Shown one piece after another: positions 8,464 through 18,308 of a DNA stretch of 64,000 nt (position 1 is the stretch's first letter; each line of letters starts with the position of its first letter). The stretch comes from Alphaproteobacteria bacterium (lineage in GTDB: Bacteria; Pseudomonadota; Alphaproteobacteria; Bin95), in the NCBI GenBank assembly GCA_965205265.1, contig CBDBGH010000003.1:5280001-5344000 (forward strand), in the 5' to 3' direction. The notes under the pieces were generated by a model. It was given only the letters and a program-made list of their open reading frames with translations. It searched no databases and was not told where the DNA came from. A program made the translations under genes and the position numbers.

Positions 8464-9965
8464 TCTTCGCTGTCCTCCTCGTGGTGGCTTGCGAGCCCGT
8501 CGTATCCGCCGAGGTCGTGATCGCGGACCGCGATATCGCGCAGTCTTGGATCGCCGGGCAGGTCGATGGGGATGGGTGGTGGCTCGTTGCGCTGTTCGCG
8601 CCGCCGGTTCAGGCTGAAGCGCACCGCATTGGGATGGGGGACGCCGCGCTCAAGGGCTTCATCGATGGCGGCTTCGAGTTCGACGGCTCCGTAGTCGTCG
8701 AGCAGGCGCAGCAGGGAGGCGACGGTTGTGCCGATATTGCCGCCGCGCCTGGCGGTCTCGGCAAGCAGGCGCTCGCTGTCGGGGGCGGCCTGGAGAAGGC
8801 GGCTCTGCCCGCGCAGGCGGTGGGCGTGACGTTTGAGCCTGACCAGCTCCTCGATGTGCTCGGGGGTCTCGATGCGGGCCGCCTTGTCGAAGCTGCGCGG
8901 ATGACGGGCGACGGTGTCGGCGCCGTCGAGGATGCGTACCTCCTCCAGTGTCGCGACCACGGTGAGGGTGCGCCGCGTATGGGTATGCGGGACGCTATAG
9001 TCATTGAGGTCGAACCTGGCGTAGGGGGTCTTGCCGATCCTGACCTCGACCCTCTCGTCGACGGGGGGCCGGTCGTCGGGCAGCGCCATCAGGGAGCCGC
9101 GCTCGCGCTCGAAGGCCTCGCGCACGGTGAGGGAGCGGTCGTCCGGCCAGCGACGGTCGGCGGCGACGCCGTCGCACCAGGCGCGGGCCCGGGCGTTCAG
9201 GTCGTCGAGGTCGCGCCAGGCGCGGGCGGCGAAGAAGTTGTCGCGCACATAGCGTATGGCGCGCTCCACGCGCCCCTTCTCGTTGCCGCGCGCGACCGCG
9301 ACCGGCTTGGGCAGGAAGCGGTAGCGGGCGGCGAAGTCGAGGAGCCGGGGGTTGAACCGGATGGCGTCGCCCTGGCGCTCCAGCACGACGCTCTTCAGGT
9401 TGTCGTACCATAGCTCGCGGGGCACGCCCTGCCAGGCCTCGAAGGCCTCGACATGGCCGCGCAGGAAGTTGTCCATCGCGGCATTGAGGTAGAAGTGCAG
9501 GAAGATGCGGCGCGAGTAGCTCAGCACCATCACGAAGCCCATCAGCGGGCGCTCCGCGCGCCCGATCCTCACCTTGCCGAAGTGGGCCCAGTCCACCTGG
9601 GCCAGCTCGCCGGGCAGGGTCTTGAGGCGCAGATAGGCCTCGGCCACAGGCCGCGGGCGCTCCGGCGCGATCATGCGCCGGAAGTGGCTCTGGCTGCCCC
9701 GGTAGCCGCGCTCGACCGCCATCTGGTAGAGCCGGCTGGCTGGCAGCCTGGGCCAGACCGCCAGGGTCTGGCGGATGAAGGGCCGGAACGGATCGATCAT
9801 CGAAGCCCTGCGCCGCCTCTCACGCGCGGGCGCCCCGGCGGCCGCTACCGCGCGCTCGACCGTGCCGTGGTGGACGCCGAGCTGGCGCGCGATCGTGCCG
9901 ATCCTCCACTTCTCGGCAAAATACAGCCGCTGGATCTCGGCACGGGTCTGCTTGTCGATCGCCAT
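8460..9965 (-). CDS. istA: IS21-family transposase IstA
   Basis: PGELAQVDW, LSYSR, YDNLKS, KGRVERAIRY motifs. Start placed at MAIDKQ after an AGGGAG RBS. Confidence 0.95.
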   Translation of the reverse strand: MAIDKQTRAEIQRLYFAEKWRIGTIARQLGVHHGTVERAVAAAGAPARERRRRASMIDPFRPFIRQTLAVWPRLPASRLYQMAVERGYRGSQSHFRRMIAPERPRPVAEAYLRLKTLPGELAQVDWAHFGKVRIGRAERPLMGFVMVLSYSRRIFLHFYLNAAMDNFLRGHVEAFEAWQGVPRELWYDNLKSVVLERQGDAIRFNPRLLDFAARYRFLPKPVAVARGNEKGRVERAIRYVRDNFFAARAWRDLDDLNARARAWCDGVAADRRWPDDRSLTVREAFERERGSLMALPDDRPPVDERVEVRIGKTPYARFDLNDYSVPHTHTRRTLTVVATLEEVRILDGADTVARHPRSFDKAARIETPEHIEELVRLKRHAHRLRGQSRLLQAAPDSERLLAETARRGGNIGTTVASLLRLLDDYGAVELEAAIDEALERGVPHPNAVRFSLNRRREQRNEPPPIPIDLPGDPRLRDIAVRDHDLGGYDGLASHHEEDSEE

Positions 9966-9966
9966 C

Positions 9967-10401
9967 TCACTCCCTTCGCGCCTGGCGCAGGCCCGGATAG
10001 ACCGCCAGGCCGCAGAACCGACCGCAGCGCTCGCAGCGGAACACCCGGGCGGGACGGTCGGGCCCGAAGGGCCGGGTTCCGGACCGCCCCGCCGGTATGC
10101 GCGCCACATCAGGACGCCGGCGCGCGACGGTCAAAGGGTGATGCGTCACTTTCTGCGCGATGGCCCGAACTGCCGGCTGCCGCACACGGCGCCGTTCGCG
10201 GTAGCGCCGCTGGCGCTCGGCATGCTTGTGACGGCCCCGGCGGCTGTTCTGGTAGCGCTGCCCCGCAAGGCGCACCGACCGACGCCGCGCCCGCCCGCTG
10301 CAACGCGGCGAACAGTAGATATGGCCAGAGTCGCAGCGCCGGCAGAGAACCACCTGGCGGCGGCACAGGGCGCAGGTGAACAGGCGGGCGGCGTTCCTCA
10401 T
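9967..10401 (-). CDS. Cys-rich, Arg-rich putative Zn-finger protein inside the IS21
   Basis: CALC...CRRC...YCSPRC...CERC; the stop lies immediately upstream of the istA start. Confidence 0.6.
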   Translation of the reverse strand: MRNAARLFTCALCRRQVVLCRRCDSGHIYCSPRCSGRARRRSVRLAGQRYQNSRRGRHKHAERQRRYRERRRVRQPAVRAIAQKVTHHPLTVARRRPDVARIPAGRSGTRPFGPDRPARVFRCERCGRFCGLAVYPGLRQARRE

Positions 10402-10788
10402 CGCGACCGATGAGAACGGGGTGGACCCACGCCCGGACGCGCACGATACTGCGCTTCCGGGCCGCGCCTTGCATGGCTCGGGGGGTGCGGCGCCGGTCGT
10501 TGCCACCAAGCCAACGGGGCCGGCGCCGCATCGTTCTCAGAAGCCCCAGTCTACCCCCTGCCGCAGCCCGGGAACGGCCAACCCGGTCGCCAGGACGTCG
10601 CCGCCCTCCGGGAGGCGAAAATCTCAACGCGACGGGGGCCGAGGACTCCGGTCGGGCTACGCCCTCCTTCCGTCCTCGGCCCCCGTCATAAACCCGGCCG
10701 CGCCTGTCTCACGCTGTTTGTCGTGCGCACCACAAAAGCGCGCTACGCCAGCAAATATGCGCCCTTTATGATAATCACCGACATCCCG

Positions 10789-12166
10789 TCTGAAGCTGCC
10801 CGAGAACAGGCGCAACGATGACGAGGCATTCTACGACGCCCTCCTTCATGGAATCCGCCATGATCCGGAGTTCCGGAAAGATTTCGAGCTGCGGTTCGTG
10901 TCGTCGAAGAAGAAGAAGGACAGGGAAAAGTCCTTCGTGAACCGGTCCCTGCTCTGGCTACAGCGAAGCTATCCCGATCTTTACGACTATGCCGACCGGT
11001 GGAGCAGCGTGCCGGCCGGCGTCTTCCCGAAGGACACGCCGGCCGGAGAGTTGTGGCAGCTTGTCCTGCAGACGCTGTCCGAGATCGAGGCGGAGCGCGG
11101 GCAGCTGGTCGTAAACGCGGAGGACATCTGGAAGCAAAGCCGGATGAACTTCCTTGAAGTGCTTCAAGGCATTGAGACCCCGAGCCTGACGGGAATCGGC
11201 GCGATCGAACAGGCCGCGGCCCTGTTCCTCGAGGCCGGCGGGACATGGAAGAAGGTCGCGGCCGAGACCGAACGGCAGCGGGGAGCGGTCCGCGACGTGC
11301 TCCGGGAGGCGGGAGACCTCGAGGGCGTCGCCGACGTGCTCGCCCGACTTCCGACCCTGGATTCAGCCCGGGTCGCCCGGTTGCATGAGGAGGCCGAGGA
11401 CGTCCGCGGCCTGCTGACCGGATTGCGCGAGTGCGGGAAACGAATTGCGGAAAAGGCGTCATCCTTCGACCGCCTGCGGCGGGAGGAGGAGGCCTGGTCG
11501 CGTCTGGCGCCCCAGGCCGCAGCCCTCGCTGCGCTCGAAGAGGAAAGAAAGGTCGGTGACGAGGCCGTGGCGGCGGCCATAAGCCGAATGGCGGCCGTCC
11601 TGGACCTGTCCGCTGCGGGCATGGAGGCGCGGGCGGAACCGGTTCATGGTTCCGCAAAGCGCGGGAAGCGGAACGCCCGGGCCCCGGCCCCGGAAGCGGT
11701 CGACACGGAGTCGGAGTGTCGGGAGGAAGGGGAGCCGGAGAGCGCGCTGCCCGGCGCATGGAGCGATTTGAACGCCTGGTGCAGCGAGCATCTCAAGGGA
11801 CGGCTGGCATTGTCGCCGCGCGCGCGGAACTCGATGAAGAAAGCGCTGTATCAGGATGTGGGGACGGCCGCCCGTTGCCTGCTGTGGCTCGCCGGCGCCT
11901 ATCGCCGGTCCCGTCTCGAGGGCTGCGGGGAGGGCGTCCAGGGAGCGGTCCCGGGTCTTGCGGGGCTTCACAATGAACGCTGTGGCGGGGATGCCTTCGA
12001 ATTCGCATGGTCGGGGCGTCGCCCGGTCGCTGACTGGCATGTCAAGGGTGGGGGCAACAGCCGCGATCCGGCCCGCTGCCTGAGGATCTACTATTGCTGG
12101 GACGACGCGTCCGGCATGGTTCTGGTCGGGGACATGCCCGGACATGTGAGGAGCCGGGCGACATGA
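10789..12166 (+). pseudogene. 3' part of IS21-interrupted coiled-coil protein with C-terminal RelE-like motif
   Basis: Helical middle region; C-terminal HVKGGGNSRDPARCLRIYYCWD...VGDMPGH. Confidence 0.65.
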
Positions 12167-12387
12167 GCGGCGCCCGGCCCGCTGCTCCCGGGGCTGAGCG
12201 GGATGGTGGCCGGCGGACGCACGGGCATGTCTGGGAAGAGACCGTGCATAACCGGCGCACAGGGGCCCGGGAGCGTCAGTGCGGCATTTGCGGCGCAATC
12301 CAGTGTTGGTCCCCGGAACAGAACGCCTGGTCGTGGGAGGTTATGCCGTGGGATGAGTTCGGCTTGCGGCTCCTGGACAGGAGCTGA
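12163..12387 (+). CDS. small hypothetical protein
   Basis: ATGA overlap with the upstream stop; H.W...CxxC motif. Confidence 0.4.
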   Translation: MSGARPAAPGAERDGGRRTHGHVWEETVHNRRTGARERQCGICGAIQCWSPEQNAWSWEVMPWDEFGLRLLDRS

Positions 12388-12406
12388 AGCGAATGAGCGG
12401 CCTCCG

Positions 12407-12616
12407 TCAGCCGGCCGCCAGCTGTATGTCTTCAATCTCTTCGAGTTTCATGGGTCCCCTGTCGGCAGGCCAGTCGATTTCTTCCGCGTTGAACACCTTC
12501 ACGGCAAGCACCCTGGTTCCGTCCTTCAGCCTGACATCGACCACCTGGTAGCCCATAGCGGTTTCCGGCAGGCCGCACAGATGCCGGGTCCAGTGATCGG
12601 GAAGAGGCAGTCTCAT
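12407..12616 (-). CDS. small hypothetical protein (LPETxMGYQ motif)
   Basis: 69-aa ORF with natural composition, divergent from ssrA. Confidence 0.6.
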   Translation of the reverse strand: MRLPLPDHWTRHLCGLPETAMGYQVVDVRLKDGTRVLAVKVFNAEEIDWPADRGPMKLEEIEDIQLAAG

Positions 12617-12675
12617 GGTTGTTGAAGGAGACATCCCGATGCACCTTGTCCTCTGGACAACCGGGCGAAGGAGCC

Positions 12676-12703
12676 TTGCCAAGCAGCCGCAGGAACCTAT
12701 AAT
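12676..12703 (+). promoter_or_regulatory. sigma70-type promoter of ssrA
   Basis: TTGCCA-N16-TATAAT directly upstream of the tmRNA. Confidence 0.65.
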
Positions 12704-12708
12704 GGAAA

Positions 12709-12970
12709 GCGCTGGATTTATCCAGCTATGGCGATAAACGCTGTGCGGAATAAGCGTTGCGGACCCGGGGGCAGTACCCGGCGCCTCCACCATTTCCTTC
12801 GGGGGCGAAACAGGATCGACGTGCGCGGTAAAGGCACTGTCTTCGCCCGGCATGGTACCACCGTTATCGGGCCGACCACACAGGTGCGAACGACAATCAG
12901 GAATTCGCCCTCGCTGCCGCCTAGACGCGGCAAGCGCGGTCTGGAGGGCACCGGGCAACAGAAGCCCTCC
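12709..12970 (+). ncRNA. ssrA: permuted (two-piece) tmRNA
   Basis: Acceptor piece GGACCCGGGGGCAGTACCCGGCGCCTCCACCA ends at 12792. After an 8-nt intervening segment the coding piece starts GGGGGCGAAACAGGATCGAC at 12801. Tag ANDNQEFALAAA* at 12886-12924. Outer ends approximate. Confidence 0.93.
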
Positions 12971-13119
12971 GTATTCCTGCCGCAGGCGGCATGAGGCTGT
13001 CATTTTGTCTTTGCAAGACTCGAGTGAAACACGATGACCGGCAAGCGGGAACGCTGGCCAGCTTGCTTTCGATAAAGGACATCGCTGCCGAACGGCAGGG
13101 ACCCTCGCAGCCAAAACTG

Positions 13120-15683
13120 CCTTCAATGGAGTGGCGGGCGGGGAGCCCGCTGAAACCCGGACGCCATCCAGGGCGAAAACGCCCCGCTCACATTCCTTCT
13201 CAATGATAGTGTAATGCGGGGGATGGGACGTTCTGCCGGGAGAATCCCGATGCCCCGAATTATGTTCGGCGTTGTCCGCCGGACTCCGCGCCGTCGGGGT
13301 CTGTCACCTTCAATGTGATGTGCCGCGGCCTACGGGGCGGAGCAGGAGCTGGTTGGCGGGCACGCGTCCGCAGAAGAGCTTCCTTCAATGTGGCCTCCGC
13401 CGCCCGGGCCGGCGAGGCGCGGATCTATCAACCTCCAGTTCTGCCGGTTGATGGTTCTTCAATGGGAACGGCCTCCGGTGCCCAAGGCCGGGGAGTGGAT
13501 ATTCCGCGGAACATGCCGGACTGGGAACCTCGCCCTTGATGTGTGCCCCGGCAGTGAAGCCGGGGAAAAGGCGGACAATCGGAACCCGAACGGAGAATGC
13601 GTGGGTCCTTCAATGTGCCCCGGCGCCAACGCCGGGGAGAGGCGCGACCAGGTCGCGCGGGTCACTCTGAGCCGCCTTCCTTCAATGGTGTGCCCCGGCG
13701 CCAACGCCGGGGAGAGGGGACAAGACCATGACAACGTCCAGCCTTCACCAGCACCTTCAATGTGTGTGGCCCTTGCCGACCGGGGCCGGAGGGATCGGAC
13801 AGGATCCGGGCATGGGGCGGGTGGGAGACCGGCCCTTCAAACAAAGGGGGATTGATCGCGATGAGCCGGAGCGGTCATGGGGAAAGCGGGCCATGAACCC
13901 GCTGCAACTGATGCCGCCGACGATGCCGAACGCCAAAATGACCTCTCTTCAATGGGTGGGGGGAAGCGAGCAGGACGCCCGCTGCAGGTCCCTGCCCTGC
14001 AACCCGTTAGCGGTTTCGCTACGGAGATCGACGCGTTCCCGGCGGAGCTGATTGTCCTTCAATAGGAAAAGCTGACGAGATATCTGCTGCAGGGGCATCC
14101 TCGGGTGTACTTCTTGGCAGTAGATCCGGACGGGCCGCCGAGCCAGGTCCGGAAATCGGGATATTGCTGTCCGATCTGGGCGTCGCCCCTTCAATGTGGG
14201 ACGGACGTGATGCCCGCGCTGTGGCCATCCGGGTCCAATGCCAGGGGCGCCGGGCCTGGTGGCTCCTTCAATATGCGATGTCGGGTGAATTGCCCGCGGC
14301 ATCAAGGCTCGGCGTAGCCGTCAGGATCGGGCCTCCGCAAATCCTTGCATGCGATGTGGAGCGGGTGCTCAGGCCGCAGGGGTTGAAACGGGCCTGCAAG
14401 GCGCCCTGTGCAGCAAGGTCCGGGAATCCCGGCTTCCCTCTCATGGCGAAGCGATCAAATGCGCGCTCTTCAATGTTTGGCCCGTGGGCAGGAGGCCTGT
14501 TGTCCCGGCCGCAGCGCGATGGGCCAGACGCGGCGCATCCATCGCTTTGGATGGGGTCCGAAGCAGGAGCGGGCATCGCTGCCGGGTGCATGAGCCGGAA
14601 ACGGCTGTCATGCATGGCCAGATACCTTCAATGGGTGGAAGCGGGCGTGGAGCCCGCTGACGTGGCATCGGCCCGCTTCGGGGCAGCGTCCAAATCGACC
14701 CTTCAATGTGTGAGGCGGGGACGAAGCCCGCCTGTAAAACCGCCATCGCAAGGCGGGCTGCTTTGGCCAGACACAGCCTTCAATGTGTGTGGGGTGCGTG
14801 GAGCCGCCGCTCCTTGAAAAGATGGCCCATCCGGCCTCACTGCGTAACCCTTCAATGATGTGTGGCGGACGGCGGGCCCGCGCTTTAACCCCATACCTGC
14901 GGATGCTTCACGCTCGCTTTTGCTGGCACTTCAATGTGCACGGCGGGCACTGCGCCTGCTTTAACCGACTTCCCGAGAGCCTCTAGGACCTGACAAGCTT
15001 CAATGGTGTGTGCAGCGGCCAATGCGCCCACTGCCGGTTTCCGCTGCCGAAGCCAGAGGCGCCGAGGAGGATCCGGAGCCTCAATGGCGCTGCGGGCGCT
15101 TCGCCCGCTGTCGGACCCCGGTCGCGCCGGCCGCGACGCGCGTCATAAGCTCGCTTCAATGAGAGCTGCGGGCCCTGCGCCCGCTGCCGGCGTGGAACGG
15201 TGGGTGGAAAGGAGGGTAGGTATGCGGACCGCTTCAATGGTGCTGCGGGCGCTGAGAGCAGGCAGGCTGTTATCCGCACTTTCCCATGCTTCAATGTGTG
15301 CTGCGGGCCCAGGGCCCGCCGCCGGAATTCTCTCGTACCTTACCGTGGGTGGGCCAATCGATGCTTCAATGTGCTGCGGCACTACGCGCGCTGCGGGGCA
15401 AGCCCTACGTGCTGAGATCAGTGCATGTGATGAGCTTCAATGTGTGCCCGCTGCCGGGGTTACTCGATACATCACGTCAAGCACTCTGTCGGTCGCTTCA
15501 ATGTGCTGCGGGCGATGGGCCCGCTGCCGGGCTGCGTTTCCTCGGGGAAGGAGGACTCCAGCCACTCGCTTCAATGTGGGGAGCTGCGGGCCCTGCGCCC
15601 GCTGCCGGTTGGCCTGCTGGTGCCGCTACCCGGCCTAGGCGGATAGCTTCAATGTGTGCGGCGGGCTCTGTGCCCGCTGCCGG
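13120..15683 (-). CRISPR. long, highly degenerate CRISPR-like array (~33 units), no cas genes in window
   Basis: 26 exact CTTCAAT motifs (e.g. 13121, 13308, 13383, 13457, 13608, 13680, 13755, 14626, 14701, 14778, 14850, 14929, 14998, 15154, 15232, 15364, 15435, 15496, 15569, 15647) plus ~7 variants. Mostly 69-79 bp apart, most followed by a GC hairpin and a unique spacer. Confidence 0.8.
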
Positions 15684-15845
15684 GGCCGCCGGGGAACCCC
15701 TTGCTGGACAAGGGCTGCGGAACCGTTTTTCGAGCGGTGCTGCCGAAGAGCGCCGGCGCTGTCCCGAAATCGGGTCCAGGAGTTGGCCGGAAGCGCCGCA
15801 AGGCCTTGCCACCCCTCGCCTTCCGGGATTTCGAGCGCCCCCGGG
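15684..15845 (-). promoter_or_regulatory. putative CRISPR leader
   Basis: AACCCCTTG (15695) and TTTTTCGAGCGGT (15726), shared with 217-260. Confidence 0.6.
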
Positions 15846-16145
15846 GGTTTCCATGTGCTGCCGGGCCGCTCGGAAACGGCCGGCGGGGACCGGACGCGAC
15901 CCATCGCGCGCGGTCAATGGGACCGGGGCGCTGTCGGCCCCGGAGAAAAGCCGGCATTGCCGCGCGGTGCGGACAGGCGTGGAGCGCCTGCCGCCGACGC
16001 GGAACGCCGACGCTGGTCATCGTGCCCACCATGTGAAACAGCAACAGCAGCTGGCCCCGTCGGGCAGCGCCATGAACAGTTTACCACACGCGCACCTGGG
16101 CGCGGACGGCAAACCGCTTTGTCCTGCCTCTCCGGGCGGGAGAGG

Positions 16146-16499
16146 CTACTCCTCTTGTTCGCCGGCGTCCGGGGCGCTTTCGGCCGCCTCGCCGGCCTCC
16201 GCGCCCGTCTTGTCATTGCCGGCGTTGTCGTCCCCGTCTGCGGGGAGCGTTTCGCCGGCATCGGCGCCCTCCCCTGCCCCGTCGCCCGGCGGGCCGATGC
16301 GCACCTCTCCGGGTTGGGGTTCGGCATATTCCTCTAGGAACATGTCGATCGCCTTGCGGACCACTTGGATCCGAGTCGGCCGGTGACGGCCGAGCACGGT
16401 GTGCGTGGTTATCCTGTCGATGAACCGGTCGAGTTGGTCCGTCTTTTCGGGGGACAGCTTGAAAGTGATGTTGGCCCCTGCAGTCTTGGCCTCCGGCAC
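16146..16499 (-). CDS. putative ribbon-helix-helix (CopG-like) regulator with acidic tail
   Basis: ITFKLS...QLDRF...TRIQVVRKAIDMFL; GTG start with GGAGG RBS. Confidence 0.6.
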   Translation of the reverse strand: MPEAKTAGANITFKLSPEKTDQLDRFIDRITTHTVLGRHRPTRIQVVRKAIDMFLEEYAEPQPGEVRIGPPGDGAGEGADAGETLPADGDDNAGNDKTGAEAGEAAESAPDAGEQEE

Positions 16500-17205
16500 C
16501 GGCGCCTCCTGGTTCGTGCGGTGTTGCTGTGCGCCTCCGGGTCCGGGCGGAACCGGGGGCGGGTCCATGCCCAGGCATTATAGGCTGCATCCCGTTCTAT
16601 GGCAAGTCCTTGTGCCGGTGCATGGCCTCGCACAGATGGCACCGACCCTGGCGATAAAGGCAGTGATGTCGCATGAGTGGGGCACATGCAAACACCATAG
16701 ACGCCGCGCGTACTGCAAGACGCGCCAACAGGGTGTTTACATGGATTACATGTCCGTATGTTCCGCACCGGAAAAACAAGACGCGAGAATGTCAGTTCCT
16801 GCGAAGTTTTTGCAGCGGGGTGTCAAGGAGTGGAAGAACTGACTAGTGTAGTAAACCCAGAACCGGATATATGTCGCTCCACGAGCTGGACACACAAGAA
16901 ACCAGACAGGCTGCATAGCAAGACGAGGAGTATAAGGAGGTTGCGTGAGAGTGAGGGATATAAAAGAGTGGCAAACACAAGACGGGGTGTAGGGAGTGTT
17001 GACGGTGCGGACATGGCCGATATGGTCTGGAAGCAGGCAATCAGCGGAAAAATGACCGCCAGGGAACGCCGTACAACGCGATTCCGAGGACATAACGTAA
17101 TCGTCCCAGAGGAGCAGGGAAGGGGCCGTGCGGCGGCGCGGGAACCGCCCACCCGACAGTGTTGCTTCCTCGCGGGCTTTTGCGGCTGTAAGGACGGCGG
17201 CGCCT

Positions 17206-17533
17206 TCATGTCCCGGCAGGCCCGCCATGCAGATCCTCCGGAACTGTGTCTTCAATCCTGGATATGACGCCCTTCTCCTCGACCGTAACGGACTCCAGCG
17301 TTATGCCGGCGTCCGCAGCGGCCGCGCCGAGCGTCGGGAATCTTTCCCTGCCGACGGCCCGATGTCGGTCGTCGCTTCCCGAAGGGTAGTGGTACAACGT
17401 GAATTCCGTTGCGCCGTCTTCCGGCGGTCCGCTCAAGGAGTAACCCGACGCATAATCGCCCTCCGCGACCGCCTGCTTGGCGGGCCATTGGGCGAACCAG
17501 GTTCCGACACCTATATACTCGAAGTGCATCATG
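17206..17533 (-). CDS. hypothetical protein
   Basis: GAGG RBS upstream of MMHFEY; coding-like composition. Confidence 0.5.
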
Positions 17534-17622
17534 TCGTACCTCTCTTCCTCCCTATTCGGCAGGACCGTCATTGTAAACGGCGGCCGTGAAAGGGCAAAAG
17601 GCAAGGAGTACTTGCCGGAGCC

Positions 17623-18139
17623 TTACGGCTCCGGTGCGTCTCCTGTCAGACGATCCTCAAGCAATTCCAGGACAGCCGTCCGAAATGGGTGTCGACTCGC
17701 GTCCCGCCTCGCGACATGCAAGGGGGTCACACCGGAATGGTTGGCCGCCAGCGGATCGGCGCCGGCAGCCAACAGCAACTTCATCAGTTCCGGCCCGCCC
17801 TCGGAAACGACGCCAAGCAGCGGCGTGCTTCCCTCCTCATTCTTCGGATCCGGCTCCGCTCCGGCCTCCAGAAGCAAGCGGACGGCATCGGTGCGGTCGT
17901 CCATGGTTGCCTTGAAGGCCGCGAGATGCAGCGGGGCATAGCCGAGCCTGTCCGGCCGGTTCAAATCGGCGCCGGCCTCGATCAACACGGCCATGACCCC
18001 GGCATTGCCTGCATCGGCAGCGTCGTGCAGGGGGTGTCCGCGCCGGGTTTCCGCGCCGGGTTTCCGCCATGACATCGCCGCCCTGGGCAAGCCAGTCGCG
18101 GGCCTCGGCGGCGTCGGCTTTTCGGAAATCCGGTTGCAT
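17623..18139 (-). pseudogene. ankyrin repeat gene frameshifted by a 13-bp tandem duplication
   Basis: MQPDFRKA start after an AGAAGGA RBS. CCGCGCCGGGTTT is duplicated at 18038-18063; removing one copy restores a 167-aa ankyrin ORF. Confidence 0.8.
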
Positions 18140-18308
18140 GAATGTCCTTCTCCTGTGATGTGCGATCCCGCCATCGTAACCCGCAGACCTGAAAGGCCGA
18201 AAGCCAGAGCAGGGGGTGCCGGAACGCGGTTCGGGAGTTGCTATGGATAAGGGTGCAGTGCCCGGGAAGGCAGAAGGAACCAGCGATAAAGCTGGGTTCA
18301 GGCAAGGC

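Larger units (their letters stand above)
6699..10783 (-). mobile_element. IS21-family element with passenger ORFs, copy 1
   Basis: TG...CA ends with shared AAGGGCG-N2-TATTTGCTGGCG inverted motif; 5-bp TSD TCCCG (6694-6698 / 10784-10788); istA and istB inside. Confidence 0.9.

Noticed and set aside
4381-15683. TnpB as a Cas12f-like effector for the arrays
   Set aside because: TnpB lies inside its own mobile unit, is not adjacent to the main arrays, and the repeats look type I-like; no link is visible.
13315-16386. Many ORFs overlapping the large array (LQC/ASM/FNV recurring)
   Set aside because: The recurring peptides are translations of CTTCAATG in different frames; no consistent reading frame.
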